DNA of 64,000 nt from Glycera tridactyla (Eukaryota). The stretch covers positions 98,456,001 to 98,520,000 of the forward strand of contig OZ286460.1 in NCBI GenBank assembly GCA_965644265.1, read 5' to 3'. The translations under genes and the position numbers were made by a program. Of this stretch, positions 14,386-26,773 are shown piece by piece; the first letter of the stretch is position 1, and each line of letters starts with the position of its first letter. The notes below the pieces were generated by a model. That model was not told the DNA's origin and did not search any database. It was given only the letters and a program-made list of their open reading frames with translations.

Positions 14386-14562
14386 CAGTAAAACCTGTCT
14401 TGGGAGATCGCCCCAAACGCAAATGAAAAGTGGTCTCTCAAGACAGGTGGACTTTTATGGAGGTATATTTGACTATGTCAAATAGAAAAGAGCCAATAAA
14501 GAGCGGTCTCCCATTAGAGGGTGGTCTCCCAAAAGAGGGGTCTCCCAAGACAGGTTTCACTG
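14386..14562. mobile_element. Tc1/mariner-type 177-bp MITE (CAGTRAAACCTG family)
   Basis: TIRs CAGTAAAACCTGTCTTGGGAGA / TCTCCCAAGACAGGTTTCACTG. A closely similar copy lies at about 28960-29128. Confidence 0.82.
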
Positions 14563-15335
14563 CACCAAGTCTATCACTGATATTACTGGACAAACTGCAG
14601 AACTGGATCTCCCCAGTTAATTCAATTTAACTCACATCCATCTGTTTAGTGCTGCTTTAATCTTCGTAATTTTCACTACAAGCTCTATTATGCTGCAGTA
14701 TTGATATTCAACTATATTGAAGAATGCATGTAATACACCCAAAAAACATGCAACTGAACAGTTCCTTGGCATAGAAATCAGCAGGTTATGCTCATATTCT
14801 CATCAAATAGTTGACATCAGTGGGTGTAAAGAGATAAACTGCTATACACAACAATCTTGTCTCGGATAATGCGTGTGTAGTTTACATTTTGGCCACACTT
14901 TCTGGGTCCGTATAGGTATCATTCAGTTGGAATATACAGGGCTTGGTGAGTAAATACTCTCACCGGGACAACCTGAATGGTAAATGGCTTCTTTCTGGTA
15001 ATCTGGCTATGTGCGTAAGTATCAAGGCATGCATGCAAAATACCCACCCTGTAATTGTAAGTGAAAGATGTCCCTCTGCATAAGAGACAGCCATACACAC
15101 CAGAAATATCTTCATACAGCCCAGGTATTTTCAGGACAATATATTTGAGATTTTACCCGTTCCGTCAGTCTCACACAATCCAGCCTGTGTTGAAGATATT
15201 TCAACCAATCAATCAATCAATCGATCAATCAGTAAAACTTCACAATAGCTTATACATGCCTTCACCAGACAGATCAATGCAAAAATTTGAAGAAAAAAAA
15301 GCCATAAGTTTGATCACTTATAAAAGGGCCTTTAA

Positions 15336-16654
15336 CCCTTTAACTCTCAGAGCGCCCGAAACCGCACGATCATAGTTTTTACCTTTCCCCCTCAAAGCGC
15401 CCGAAACCGCCCGATAACCGGGAGAGAGCTGTCAATCTGTGACAATGTTGAAGAAAAATCGCTCTCAACGCTAAAATAAACGATGGATCACCTTGAAATC
15501 ATTCGTATGATTGAAAATCAATGCAGTCTCAGCCTCCATGTAGGTAGAATCATATTTGAAGCGATATTGAAAGAGGGAGGGAGAGAAAAACCCACGCAAA
15601 CTGTATAAAATTGGCCGGGCGGGCGCCATTTTGGTATCAAGTGACCTGCAGACCTTGCTTGTTTTTCATCGCGAAAACTTACGAAATACGATATCCCATG
15701 TAGAGATCGTTTGATATATAACGAAAAATGTCACCAGATTCCCCAAGCACAGCTCCCTATGTATCACATACCGGTATGAGAAAATGGTGGAGATTGGCCA
15801 ATATTCATTTTTGAGTGAAATTTCACATTTTCTGACCCTTGGAGGCTCATGTTATGGTTGCCATGGAGACAAATTTGGGGCATTTCTGTTGAAACCGTCA
15901 CCAGATTTCCCAAGCACACCTCCCTAGGTATCACATATGTGAAAATGGTGGAGATTGGCCAATATCTATTTTTGGGTGAAATTTCACATTTTCTGACACA
16001 TGTAGGCCCATGTTCTGGTTGCCATGGAGACAATTTTAGGGCATTTCTGTCAAAACTGGCACTGGATTCCCCAAGCACAGCTCCCTAAGTATCACATATG
16101 TGAAATTGGCCTAAATTGACCAACATTTATTTTTGGGTGAAATTTCACATTTTCTGAACCATGGAGGCTCATGTTATGGTTGCCATGGAGACAATTTTGG
16201 GGCATTTCTGACAAAACTGACGTCAGATTCCTCAAGCACACATCAACAGCTATCACATATGTGAAAATGGTGGAGATTGGCCGACCTTCACTTTTTTGGG
16301 TGAATTCTGGATATTTTGAACACCTGAAACACCTAAAATAGCATGTTTGGGTTACCATGGAAACGAGATTGGGTCAGATCTGGCCAAAAAAAGGTCAGAT
16401 CCATGATACCCACTGTCCAAGCTATAAAATATGTGAATATGATGGAGATCGGACTAACTCCATTTTCAGTCAACTTTTCAGCTCAGACAACCTGAAAAAT
16501 TGCCAGAGATCAAAATTTTCCATGAATCCATTAACTCCCAACCATGACCCATGTATCTAGCCCAAAACGCAAAATGACCTGACGAAAAAAAAATCATGAA
16601 TTTTGGCTGAGGAAATGAGACCTGTCCCTCTGAAGGGGCCTGAGGGTTGAAGGG
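15336..16654. mobile_element. piggyBac-type non-autonomous DNA transposon with internal 161-bp repeats
   Basis: TTAA on both sides (15332-15335, 16655-16658). TIRs CCCTTTAACTCTCAG / CTGAGGGTTGAAGGG match at 13 of 15 positions. Repeat units start near 15731, 15898, 16059 and 16220. Confidence 0.88.
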
Positions 16655-16723
16655 TTAAAGTTGCTGAATTTATGCAACTGTGCCGAAATATAACAATGCA
16701 TTCCACCCCTTCTCTCTACTTAC

Positions 16724-16824
16724 TTATCACTCCATGCTCCTTTCCATTCTGCCTCGTTACCCCATGGATTGCGAATGCGTACCATCGGAATCTTGCCTTT
16801 CATCCTTGATGTCTGTATATCAAT
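16724..16824 (-). CDS. Calpain exon E with catalytic Asn: IDIQTSRMKGKIPMVRIRNPWGNEAEWKGAWSD(K)
   Basis: 101 nt, too short for the ORF track and read manually. TTTCAG acceptor and GTAAGT donor. Contains RIRNPWG and EWKGAWSD motifs. Confidence 0.96.
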
Positions 16825-17189
16825 CTGAAAACAAATGCATCAACAACCACCTTTATTTGCCATAAACTTTCTTGCTGCTTGTTTGTTTGTTCATGTTTTG
16901 TTGATAGCACAACACCTCATCAGAGCCATGAATTCCATGGATTGAGACACATTGCCTGGTCACACTCTGGACATTGGTGATCCGGCGCACTTGAGTTTAT
17001 ACAGATATGATACGAGCAGTTCTGCATTCCTATGAGAAGAGTCAAACCTTATCTAAGCAGCCATCTTTAGAGAATTCAAAAAGTGGCTGCTTAGAGCAGG
17101 TGGCTGCTTAGGACAAGTGAATTATAGTGGGGAAAAACCTCTGACTGGAAATCAAAAAGTGGCTGCTTAGTGCAGGTGATGTCTCACCA

Positions 17190-17624
17190 TTGGGTCATTA
17201 CTTTGTGGAACTTTGGTGCATATCGATCTATGCAAGATCAAGCTGGGGTGTAAAATAAGAAAATCTATAAATAGCTCCTGTGACCTTGACCTTTGACCTA
17301 GGGTCACATGCATTGAAAGTGAGGTGTCCCATAATGGGATCACTACTTTGTGTAAGTTTGGTGCATATCCATCAATGCTACCTCGAGTTAGAGTGTAAAA
17401 GGAGAAAGTCTATAAATAGGGCCTGCGACCTTGACCTTTGACCTAGTCACATGCATTGCAAGGCCCACAATTTGGTCATTACTTTGTGTAAGTTGGGTGC
17501 ATATCCATCAATGCTAGCTTGAGTTAGAGTGTGAAATATGGAAAACGGTGTACGGATGGTGTACGGATGTACGGACACCGGAGGTGAAACTATAATAGCC
17601 CGCTTTTACAAGAGCGGGGTATAA
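17190..17624 (+). mobile_element. 3' part of a HINE/pearl-type element with ~145-bp core repeats
   Basis: GACCTTGACCTTTGACCTAG near 17281 and 17426, GTACGGA repeats, hairpin CCCGCT...AGCGGG, ends GGTATAA. A degenerate relative lies at about 355-590. Confidence 0.72.
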
Positions 17625-18161
17625 AAAATTGGCAATCTATCACCAACTGTCAATCAGCCGAATGTGCCAGCAGTTGGATTGATGAATCGTCATCCTGAGT
17701 TGGGAAACAACCACTGCATCACAGTTAGTCGGTCTGATAAGAGCTGAACACTGGGTTAAGATCTGCAGTTTTTCTGCAACCTCAGCTTGTGTGAGATGAC
17801 AAAAGTGTAGATTTACTGGAGTCACTGCCTATATAACCAGCCACAATGTCAACACGACCAGCCAGTGTGCCACTTCTGCACTCAGCCAAGCACTCAGCAT
17901 CGCCAGGAAATCACTTCCCTGGAACTGAAGCCACCTAGTGGCAGGCAAGTAACATGAGTAGATACCCTGCAGCAGGGCTGCTATCCCCACTGCACTCAGA
18001 CTCACAAATATGCATGTGAATGTCACATATATACAGGTTTTATATTTGCATGATATCTGTCTGCCCTGTCAGTGATATGAAATAAATGGAGAGCAATCCT
18101 TACATTATCAGAGACATATGTAATGATTTGTCTCCCATAGACATGCATGCTTTCTCTTATA

Positions 18162-18164
<3 letters not shown>

Positions 18165-18193
<29 letters not shown>
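18165..18193. repeat. (GTT)n microsatellite
   Basis: Direct reading. Confidence 0.95.
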
Positions 18194-19099
18194 CAGTCTC
18201 ATTGCGTTTTTCCGTCGGAGTCGGTACTGTTTTCGGTTTGGGATTCCCACTCATTCTAGACAATAATATCGTCCATTTTGTGGAGCAGTTGACAAGGTTC
18301 ACCCTACACTGTAAGGGGGCCGCCATTTGTAAATGGCATGCTATGGAATCATTAGAATTAAACCAAAACTGAATGAAAAATAAGCGATTTGGGAGAAAAC
18401 ACTAGCTATTACATGAAATGCTACTAAACTTGAATATTGTAGATTTATAATTGCGTGAGAACGTTGAAAAGAAAATACTTTTTATATAAAGCGACACATG
18501 GTGGTCAAAGACAGCGCCATCACTGGGAAAGCGCCTCCGTGACATTATAATAGAGCAGAGAACCAGCGAATCACAGTCCGAGATCGACTAGCAAACATGG
18601 CGGCGCGCAAGAGAAGTTGCCAGTCGTCGATATTTCCACTGTTCTGGCGAATATACGACAGATTCACGCAATTTATACATGGGTTATACAGAGCTGGATA
18701 TGAAAGACTTCCTTTCATCATCAAGACGAGTAATAATGCGCGTATTCGCCGGTAAGCCAGCATTAGCGATGATCATGTTTTTTGCTGCGCAGTCGGAGCT
18801 CCAGTACGGGAGTCAGAGACCGTAAAGTGACAGGTGACAATCGGCTTCCCCGGTTAGCAGAGGGGATGCGGCCAGCGTATACCTAGCCTGAGAAGATGNN
18901 NNNNNNNNNNNNNNNNNNNNNNNNNNNNNNNNNNNNNNNNNNNNNNNNNNNNNNNNNNNNNNNNNNNNNNNNNNNNNNNNNNNNNNNNNNNNNNNNNNNN
19001 NNNNNNNNNNNNNNNNNNNNNNNNNNNNNNNNNNNNNNNNNNNNNNNNNNNNNNNNNNNNNNNAGCTATTCTCACACTTACCAGCACAGAATATACATA

Positions 19100-19277
19100 C
19101 AGTCAAACCTGCTTGAGAGACTATCTCTCTATAAAGACCACCTGCCTACAAGGGCCACCCTGGAATGCAACTCTGATCACATTTTCAACAGCAAATAATC
19201 TCTCTATGATGACCACCTGTCTATAAAGGACACTTTCTGATGCAACCAAACATGGTCTTTATAGACAGGTTTGACTG
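19100..19277. mobile_element. Tc1/mariner-type 178-bp MITE
   Basis: TA-CAGTCAAACCTG ... CAGGTTTGACTG-TA. Confidence 0.82.
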
Positions 19278-19464
19278 TATATGTGTTACCAGGCCTACAA
19301 ACCCATACCTAGTTAAATCACCACCTCTCCACTGTAAATCGACAACCAGTCTTCTTTTTGAAGACATTTCTTGTTTAAGAATGGCTCTGCCAGACTTTAT
19401 GTTGTCTGTGGCCAGAGCAATCAACATTAGAGACGATATCACAGAATCCAATTTTGTAGCTACT

Positions 19465-19538
19465 GTGTGTGTGTGTGTGTGTGCGCGTGCGCGCGCATGC
19501 ATGCGCATTTGTGTGCATGTCTCTGTGTGTGCGGACAA

Positions 19539-19604
<66 letters not shown>

Positions 19605-19690
19605 ATGCATGCATGTATGAGTGTGTGCATGTATGTGTGGTTGAGTGCATGCATGTGTTTGTGAGCATACATGTGTGAATGTGTATGTGC
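19465..19690. repeat. Compound (GT)n/(GCAT)n microsatellite
   Basis: Direct reading; explains the HT/CV dipeptide ORFs in the track. Confidence 0.95.
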
Positions 19691-20244
19691 TTGCATTTGC
19701 ATGGACCAGTGTTGCCAGATGTTGACAATGCATTCATAACCATGCAGATGATGCAGGTAGAACTCTCCCCTTCAAGTCTGGTCTACTGATTCACAATATC
19801 CCGAGTCTGACAGGTTCAACAATACAAGCTGAATGATGGAAATCGCTTCCTGCATATCTTACTTAAATCATCTGATTTTTCGAAAAACTTCACGGACATC
19901 TGTAAATACTGTGATGAGACACAGACCTCGAACAGGGGAATGACTACAGGAAAACTTGTCTACAAAGACCACATCAAAAACTGGTCTCTCTGGATGGTTG
20001 GCCAATGCAGAGGTTGTTCAACGTAGAAAACACAGTGGAACTGCTTTCGCAGGGCAGCATTTCTATTCGCCATCGTCAAATATAGCCCCAACACAAGATG
20101 CATTTTGGTGACATTTAGGGTGGTCTCTCATCACAAATTTCATTATACTATTGCAGTCACTGTTCAGGGTGGCCTTCTTAGGAGGTAGCCATTGTAAAGA
20201 AGTGGTCTCCCAACTATACTTGAAAGTAGCTTCTATCTGATATA

Positions 20245-21047
20245 CCATATATACTGGCATATAAGGCGACTTGACTTATAAGTCGACCCCCCCCCCCCCC
20301 CCATTTCACCTCCAAAAGTCGGGATTTAGTCAATTTCTGGCATATAAGTCGACCCCATAATCTTGCTCAAAAAACATAGCGAGTTGCGAATATCGGTGAA
20401 AATATCTAAGAGAAACGACACTTCAACCTGTGAGAGAAGCCAGTTTGCGCCTTACCACGGCTATTGTTAAGTCATTCGCGCCCACATACATCGATAATTC
20501 ACAGGCTCAATCCATGATTAGATGCTTCCCCTCGCTGAAAACACATGTTAACGTCGAATATTCCTGTATTTCGCGATTAAAACGAAAGGCTGATAATGAT
20601 TTGAGCGCCATTGTTGTGGCTAGTCACGAGTCTGAAGCCCAGGATGTACACCAAAACACGGAACCAGAATACCTAATTAGCATACGACCTTGACCTCATC
20701 ACCTGCTCAAGATGGCAGGACTTTCTCGATTTGTTGTTCCCGTCTAATGTTTTCATCACATTTAGGGCAAAATTGTCGGGATTTTCTCGAAAACAATCAT
20801 CAATCATGCAAGTAGAGTCGCCATTTGTATGTTTGGCACTATTTATTGACATCCGGGTGTATTCTGGCCATTTTTGAGCGCGATCAGGATTTGAGAAAAC
20901 ATCATTGACAACGGCAGGTCAGGATCTTCTTCACGCGTTCTGGTTCTGGTTCTGGTACTAAAAGCATGTCGGGCATATAAGTCGAGTCCATGGTTTTTGG
21001 CTCAGATTTCAGCGAAAAAAACTCGACTTATACGCCAGTATATACAG
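20245..21047. mobile_element. Tc1/mariner (pogo/Tigger-like) non-autonomous element
   Basis: TA-CCATATATACTGGCATATAAGGCGA ... TCGACTTATACGCCAGTATATACAG-TA. Internal ATAAGTCGAC repeats. Confidence 0.8.
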
Positions 21048-22042
21048 TACTTGACACAGTGAAAACTCCAACAAGAGACCACCTGCGAAGAGAGACCGCT
21101 TCTGCAGAGAAGCATTTCTATTTGACATAGTCAAATGTACCTCCAAAGTGAGACCAGCTCTTTTGAGACCACTTTTTGGTGACATTTAGGGTGGTCTCTC
21201 GTCACAGGTTTCACTGGAGACATGCAGATATATGAGAATAGAATTTGTTCATGATCCAGTCAAACTTTTAACATGTTATCATCTCTGTAGATCCAACCCT
21301 TTCTCATCAACAGAACAAATACACTCTCCCATCAGTGGAGTGAGTTAGGCCTTTTCACTCTCCCAAAATGGGATTCACTCTTCCCACGACTTGGGAAAGT
21401 GGCTAAATTCGAATCCAGTGAAGCCATCACTCAGTCACTTCTAGCTGTGGTACAAAGGCCTAATTTACTGTCCAATTGTGAACAGGTGTGAATGACAAGT
21501 GCACACCTTTGAATATGCACCAATAGATGAGCAGGTGTCAATGACATTGCTCATACTTGTGAGTACATAGTAGAGTGATTTATGCCCCCCCCCCCCCCCA
21601 AAAAAAAAAAAAAAAAAAAAACACCAGAGAGTCAGCCCATAAAGGAAGAGTAGCTCCTGGTGACTGAACTGTGAGTTGGACAACTACCATGAAGTACCAG
21701 TGGCAGAGCAAGCTGCACTCAAATAGTCCGGAATTCCAACAGTGGTCTTGTTGAACTGGTACAATAAAACCTCCCATACAACCCCCTATTGAGACCCCTG
21801 CCTTGTAGGACCATCATCCATTATCTCTTTGACATAATGAAATGTACCTCCAATGAGAGACTACCTCTCTAATGGGACCAGTCTTTGATGGCATTTAGGG
21901 CAGTCTCTCATAGGAGGATCCCATGTTCCCCTATTTTCCTTATTCCAAGTAAGAACTCAAAGATTGCACTACAAGGACCCACGATTTCTCTTCTCTCATT
22001 CTTATATCTTTACAAAGCAGTTTAACTTGTTTCAAGTAACCA

Positions 22043-22242
22043 CAGGGCTCTACATTAACTTTTTTCGTCAGCTGTTTTTTGGGCAGGTGGAGTGGGATTT
22101 TTACCTGCCCTCCTTGTCATTTTCACCTGCCATCTTGCATATAATCATAGGCTAGATAATGGGTAGGTACCTGCCCATCAGGCATCATATCAACAAATGC
22201 ACCTGCCTGTGCCAGTAGGGCAACCCTTAGCATAGAGCCCTG
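22043..22242. mobile_element. hAT-like MITE (CAGGGCTCTA family)
   Basis: TIRs CAGGGCTCTA / TAGAGCCCTG, flanks AACCA / CACCA. Homologous, in inverted orientation, to 12885-13106. Confidence 0.78.
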
Positions 22243-22929
22243 CACCACTTGAAACAGCAACCACCTGTCTTGAGCAGCCACCCTCTGATTTTCAACCATG
22301 ATTCACCAGTATGAAGCAACCACCTGTCTCGAGCAATCACATTTCCATTTTGCAGGGGTGGTTGCTTGATATAAGTCCTACTGTATCTGATTATACAAGT
22401 TCATCTCCTGGCATAAATGGATTGTGTAGGTCCCCTGGCAATTATCAAACCTGGTTTTGAATAGTCTGTACACTTTTGAAGAGGATACTCTTCAAAATCA
22501 TTGCATTTTTACAGTGTGAATGCCAGCATTATCATCTGATCTTTTCTATGTGAAGCAATGGCGATACGGCCGACACACTTGCCATGAAACTAGCGTGAAA
22601 TTGACATATTTGGTTGGGTCCAATAAACAAATGAAACCTTGCCATGATCACATGTGTAGTCGCTGGAGATGTCATAAAATTCAGATATCAACTTTCATTT
22701 CAATCCGACCCACAATGCTAGATAGGAAAAGGTACCCATCATGATTAGACTTGACAGAATTTGATGCATCGTGCTGTATGCATGGTGGCTAAAATTCTGG
22801 TATTCTCAGGAAGTTCAGCTGAGTTTACAACAACAACCTTCAGTAAACATGTCCAAATTTGATCATTAATCAAGTCTCTAGGGATGGAAACCAAATCTAC
22901 ATCAACTCCTCATCTGCTCACGATACTTA

Positions 22930-23709
22930 CCGTAAATGACATAATAATCGCCCTGGTCCTTTATTAGGATTCCCGCTCAGTGAAGAAGGGGGCTGGGCGA
23001 TTATTAGGGATATCTCCTCACTCCGTGAAGACTGATACTGCAAACGATGTTTTACTGTGTTCGTGATTGCTCTCGGAACGCCCGAAATACAGCCGCATAT
23101 CAATACATTGTACCGAATCGCCCAATAAGTGACTCTACTCGCATGTTTGATGATCGTTTTGGGAACTCTCGATATTTTCGCCATAAACGTGATGAAAACA
23201 CATGGCAGGTATAACCGTTTTCTGGTATAACCGTTTGAGAGCGCTGCCATTTTGAACCCAATTGGATCACATGATCAACCATGAGGAAAAAGTCAATTCG
23301 CATAAATTATGCTAAATGTGCTCCACACATGGAAACCTTGTGACAAGACACAACAATGGCACTCGGATCGCTATTAAAGAAGTCAGTGTTTCGTTTTTAT
23401 CATGTTACATGCTTATTCATCGATGACACATGTTTTTAATGGTGGGAACACCTCATCATGGATGTACACCATGAATCATTCGAATATGATGCACAAACGA
23501 CGTAATGATAGCCAGGTTAAGGCTATGGTGTCGATTGGCTTCTCTCCATGTTTGACCTGTCATTTTTCTTTGATAACCTTAACGGTATTCGCAATTAACA
23601 GACTGGGCGATTAAAAGGAACTTTCCCATGATAGGGGATGAGCTCAAATTTTTTTTTGGGGGGGGGTGAGTGTTTATCGAAGCATGGGCGATTATTATGT
23701 CATTTACGG
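22930..23709. mobile_element. Tc1/mariner (pogo/Tigger-like) non-autonomous element
   Basis: Perfect 24-bp TIRs CCGTAAATGACATAATAATCGCCC / GGGCGATTATTATGTCATTTACGG, TA on both sides. Confidence 0.88.
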
Positions 23710-24339
23710 TATATCACAACTGCACCATCCACAACCCACATACACACCACTTATAATCATTTGCAATCATGGCTTTATAGGACTAGGGGGAGGTAGTAGC
23801 ACCCATAAAAGGGTTGTTATAACCCGCCAGCATGCAAGATAACTCTTAGTTATACATCACAGACACCCCTGTCGCCATCTAAAGAATAATACTCTATATG
23901 CATGAGACACAAACATGAGACATATCAAAGCGCTATCATGTTAAGAATACAGTGAAACCTGCTTGAGGAAAAACCTCTGCCCAGTGAAGACCAGTCCTAT
24001 GCGCATACCTCACAGTCTTCCAGATCATTTTTCCACTATCATTGTCCTGAATTAAGGAAAAACCTGTCTGACACAAATAACAAAACGCCATCATTGTCCC
24101 GCAGAGCCTTGCATCTTGTCAAAAGTTGACATCAACTCACTCGTGACCAGTTTTACATTTTACGGTCGCAAATCTCGAGGTGTGCTGACCCCATTCACAG
24201 TCTTCACAAATCATGGTTCATACAGAACTTCGGAGAAAAAATTCAAACAATTTGTGGGGACTTTTCAAGTTCTAACCTAGTTTTTCACGCATCCTGTCCA
24301 TGACATAACAAGGCATAAATGCACAAAGGTTCGTATCTC

Positions 24340-24660
24340 CCCATCCCCCGCCCCTACCCGACCCATCCTCAACCTCCCCACCCCCACCCCCAGACCCACC
24401 GCACTAATCCCCAACCCTCAACCCCCACCCCTGGCCCCTACCTCACCCATCCCTGCCCCCCCCCCCCACACACACACAGACCCATCCCACCGAACCCCAA
24501 CCCCATCCTTCCCCGCCCCACCCCTACCCACCCCACCCACCCCAGAACACCCTCCCCCTCCTCCAACCTTCCCCTACCCCACCCTTCCCCTACCAGCACC
24601 CCCACCCCAGCCCCACACACACCCTTCCCTCAACCCCGGCTGCACCCCCACCCAGACATG
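24340..24660. repeat. C-rich low-complexity tract (G-rich on the calpain sense strand)
   Basis: Dozens of C3-C5 runs over about 320 bp. Confidence 0.9.
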
Positions 24661-24787
24661 TGTATGTATGAGAAAGTGAAATGAGGTCCATCTATCTATA
24701 CTGTGCTTGAGGGAGCAAATAATCGGACATGCATACTAGTGTATGTATGAGAAAGTGAACTTAGGTCCAGGTAGCAATCGGTGTATG

Positions 24788-24924
24788 CAGTCTTCACAGA
24801 AAACTTTTTCAGCCACTCTCCCATCGAGAGAGCAGATTGGGAGAATCACTCTCCCGAAGTTTCACTCTCCCAAAATCAAATTCACTCTCCCCGGGATTCG
24901 GGAGAGTGCTAAATTCGAAGACTG
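24788..24924. mobile_element. hAT-like MITE, 6-bp TSD
   Basis: TIRs CAGTCTTC / GAAGACTG, TGTATG on both sides, internal CACTCTCCC repeats. Confidence 0.75.
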
Positions 24925-25099
24925 TGTATGGAACTGATCAGACGTATTATGTAATACAGCCAAGAACAAAAGTCACCAGGAGAGCGGAGAATGGTGTACA
25001 TCTCCTGTGGTCTTATGCAACACAGACAGGATGAATGGGTTCAGCTGTCTCAACAAATTCCAAGCTCACAAATAAAATGTCTTCTTTTCCCTCAAAATT

Positions 25100-25346
25100 T
25101 TCCAACTATATGAGATGGATCATGAAAAAGAATGCTCCCATGTTGTTGTCCAACTACGTATGTATACTGAATATCAAGGATGTATGTGCAATGTTAGCCG
25201 AGTGAGGCTTCAAAGAAAAACTTAAACCAAAACTTAAACCAAAACTTTAACCTCAGATCTTCACGCCAGACGGACGGCCAGACGACCGGCCGGACCAACT
25301 GCGCAATTACAAAGACTCGCATTTAGCTTCGCATGCGAGCCAAAAA
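25100..25346 (+). mobile_element. 3' end of a HINE/pearl-type element
   Basis: AAAACTTAAACC repeats, GACGGACGG, hairpin CTCGCAT...ATGCGAG. Confidence 0.6.
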
Positions 25347-26432
25347 CCACATTCATTTGTTGGGAAAATCTTCTTGAAGACCCCTTCTCTACTCAGAAAT
25401 TCGAACATGGCTACCTGATTGGAATAGGGGAAGAAATTGGATGACATATCTCACTGTCTGATACGATTAGGTCAGACAAGATAAATTGCTGGGAATGGTG
25501 GATCATAATTTTCCATCATATAATATTTCAGCCAGTTGAAATTTGTACTAGTTGCCTGAATGTTTGGGGAAAGGAAGGAGTATTCATGGGTGATTCTTCT
25601 CAAGGCCTTCATCAGTTCCGAATATCGCCACTACACATGAGATGGCGATGCGGAAATTCGTCACTTACATTGACTCACACGAATGCTCAACATCTTACAG
25701 AGATTTGACAGACTGTGGATTCGTACATGCTTTCATTCTTTGCAATATTGCAAGATGATGGTATCCTAGTCATGTGTATTTGAGTGCTCGTGAGTGGTCA
25801 TGTTCTGTCATGTTCCGTCGTCGCAGCTATCACCAAATATATGACCAGCCTGCAATTCCCCAGCTGTGTTTGCTGAAATTCAAGCACTCTTTACGAAGAT
25901 GAAGCACTTTTCTATGATTTCTCACATTTTTTCCAGACAGCAATCAAATTTAAGCACTTTCAAGGATTCATGATGATTTCTAACGACTTTTTATAGATGT
26001 GGAGTTCTGTCAATAATCTCACTGATGTTTGCGCCTGCCTGTAACACTAAAGAAGGTGCCAACTTTTTTACTGCAATTATTTGTCAATGATAACAGGACA
26101 TGTCCAAGCTGGTAAATAAGCATATTACACAAACATAAACGTTTTGACAGCCATGGCTTATCAAAAACTAACTAAACTGGATGACATACTTTGACATAAC
26201 TCATAAAGAACTTCATAAGGGCGAGGGGAGACTTGGTGAAAGGAAGCCTGGGATAACCTGCATGAGAAAATGGGCAAGCATGTGGAGTCAAATCTGTAAA
26301 GCTTTCAAAACAATAAGAGCAATTTATGCAGCCAATGTCCTAGGCAACCTGCCTTAAACAGTCACCTGCCAATTACACATTATCCCCATGCGAGAAAGGA
26401 GAAGATGTCAATGATAATGACATTGTACTCAC

Positions 26433-26513
26433 CAAATTGACACCTGTCACACTGTAAGCATGTCCACAGATCAGCCCATTTGAGAGTTCAGCCTCCACCG
26501 TACCTGGCTGTGC
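26433..26513 (-). CDS. Calpain exon D with catalytic His: AQPGTVEAELSNGLICGHAYSVTGVNL
   Basis: 81 nt, phase 0/0, TTTCAG acceptor and GTGAGT donor. Contains the NGL..GHAYSVT motif. Confidence 0.96.
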
Positions 26514-26539
26514 CTGAAAAATACAACCACAAACATATT

Positions 26540-26773
26540 GTAGAAGTTTTACGTTACTTGCAGCAAAAGGTAGTTTTCCGTAGCATTCGAAGAGGCGTAT
26601 CCCCTTCCCTTCCTTATCTAGTGTCAACTGCGGTGTTTTGCTGTTGAACTCTCAAGATCACGTGACGATGTTATTAGCTCCTGATAGATAACCGGGAGTG
26701 TGTCGGCCCCTGCCTCTGTTCATGGTCAGCTGGTAGTGATCAATGTGTATGGCTTCCGCCACCCCTCTGAGGA
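26540..26773. mobile_element. Unclassified 234-bp insertion with a 15-bp target duplication
   Basis: AACCACAAACATATT at 26525-26539 and 26774-26788. Confidence 0.65.

Noticed and set aside
14963-15001. 39-nt frame-preserving cassette candidate between exons E and F
   Set aside because: There is no polypyrimidine tract, and it would insert residues into the conserved protease core.
19221-19743. HT/CV dipeptide ORFs (also at 54833-55237)
   Set aside because: These are (GT/CA)n microsatellites.
24319-24684. 121-aa proline-rich ORF
   Set aside because: It is a translation of the C-rich low-complexity tract, with no splice or homology support.
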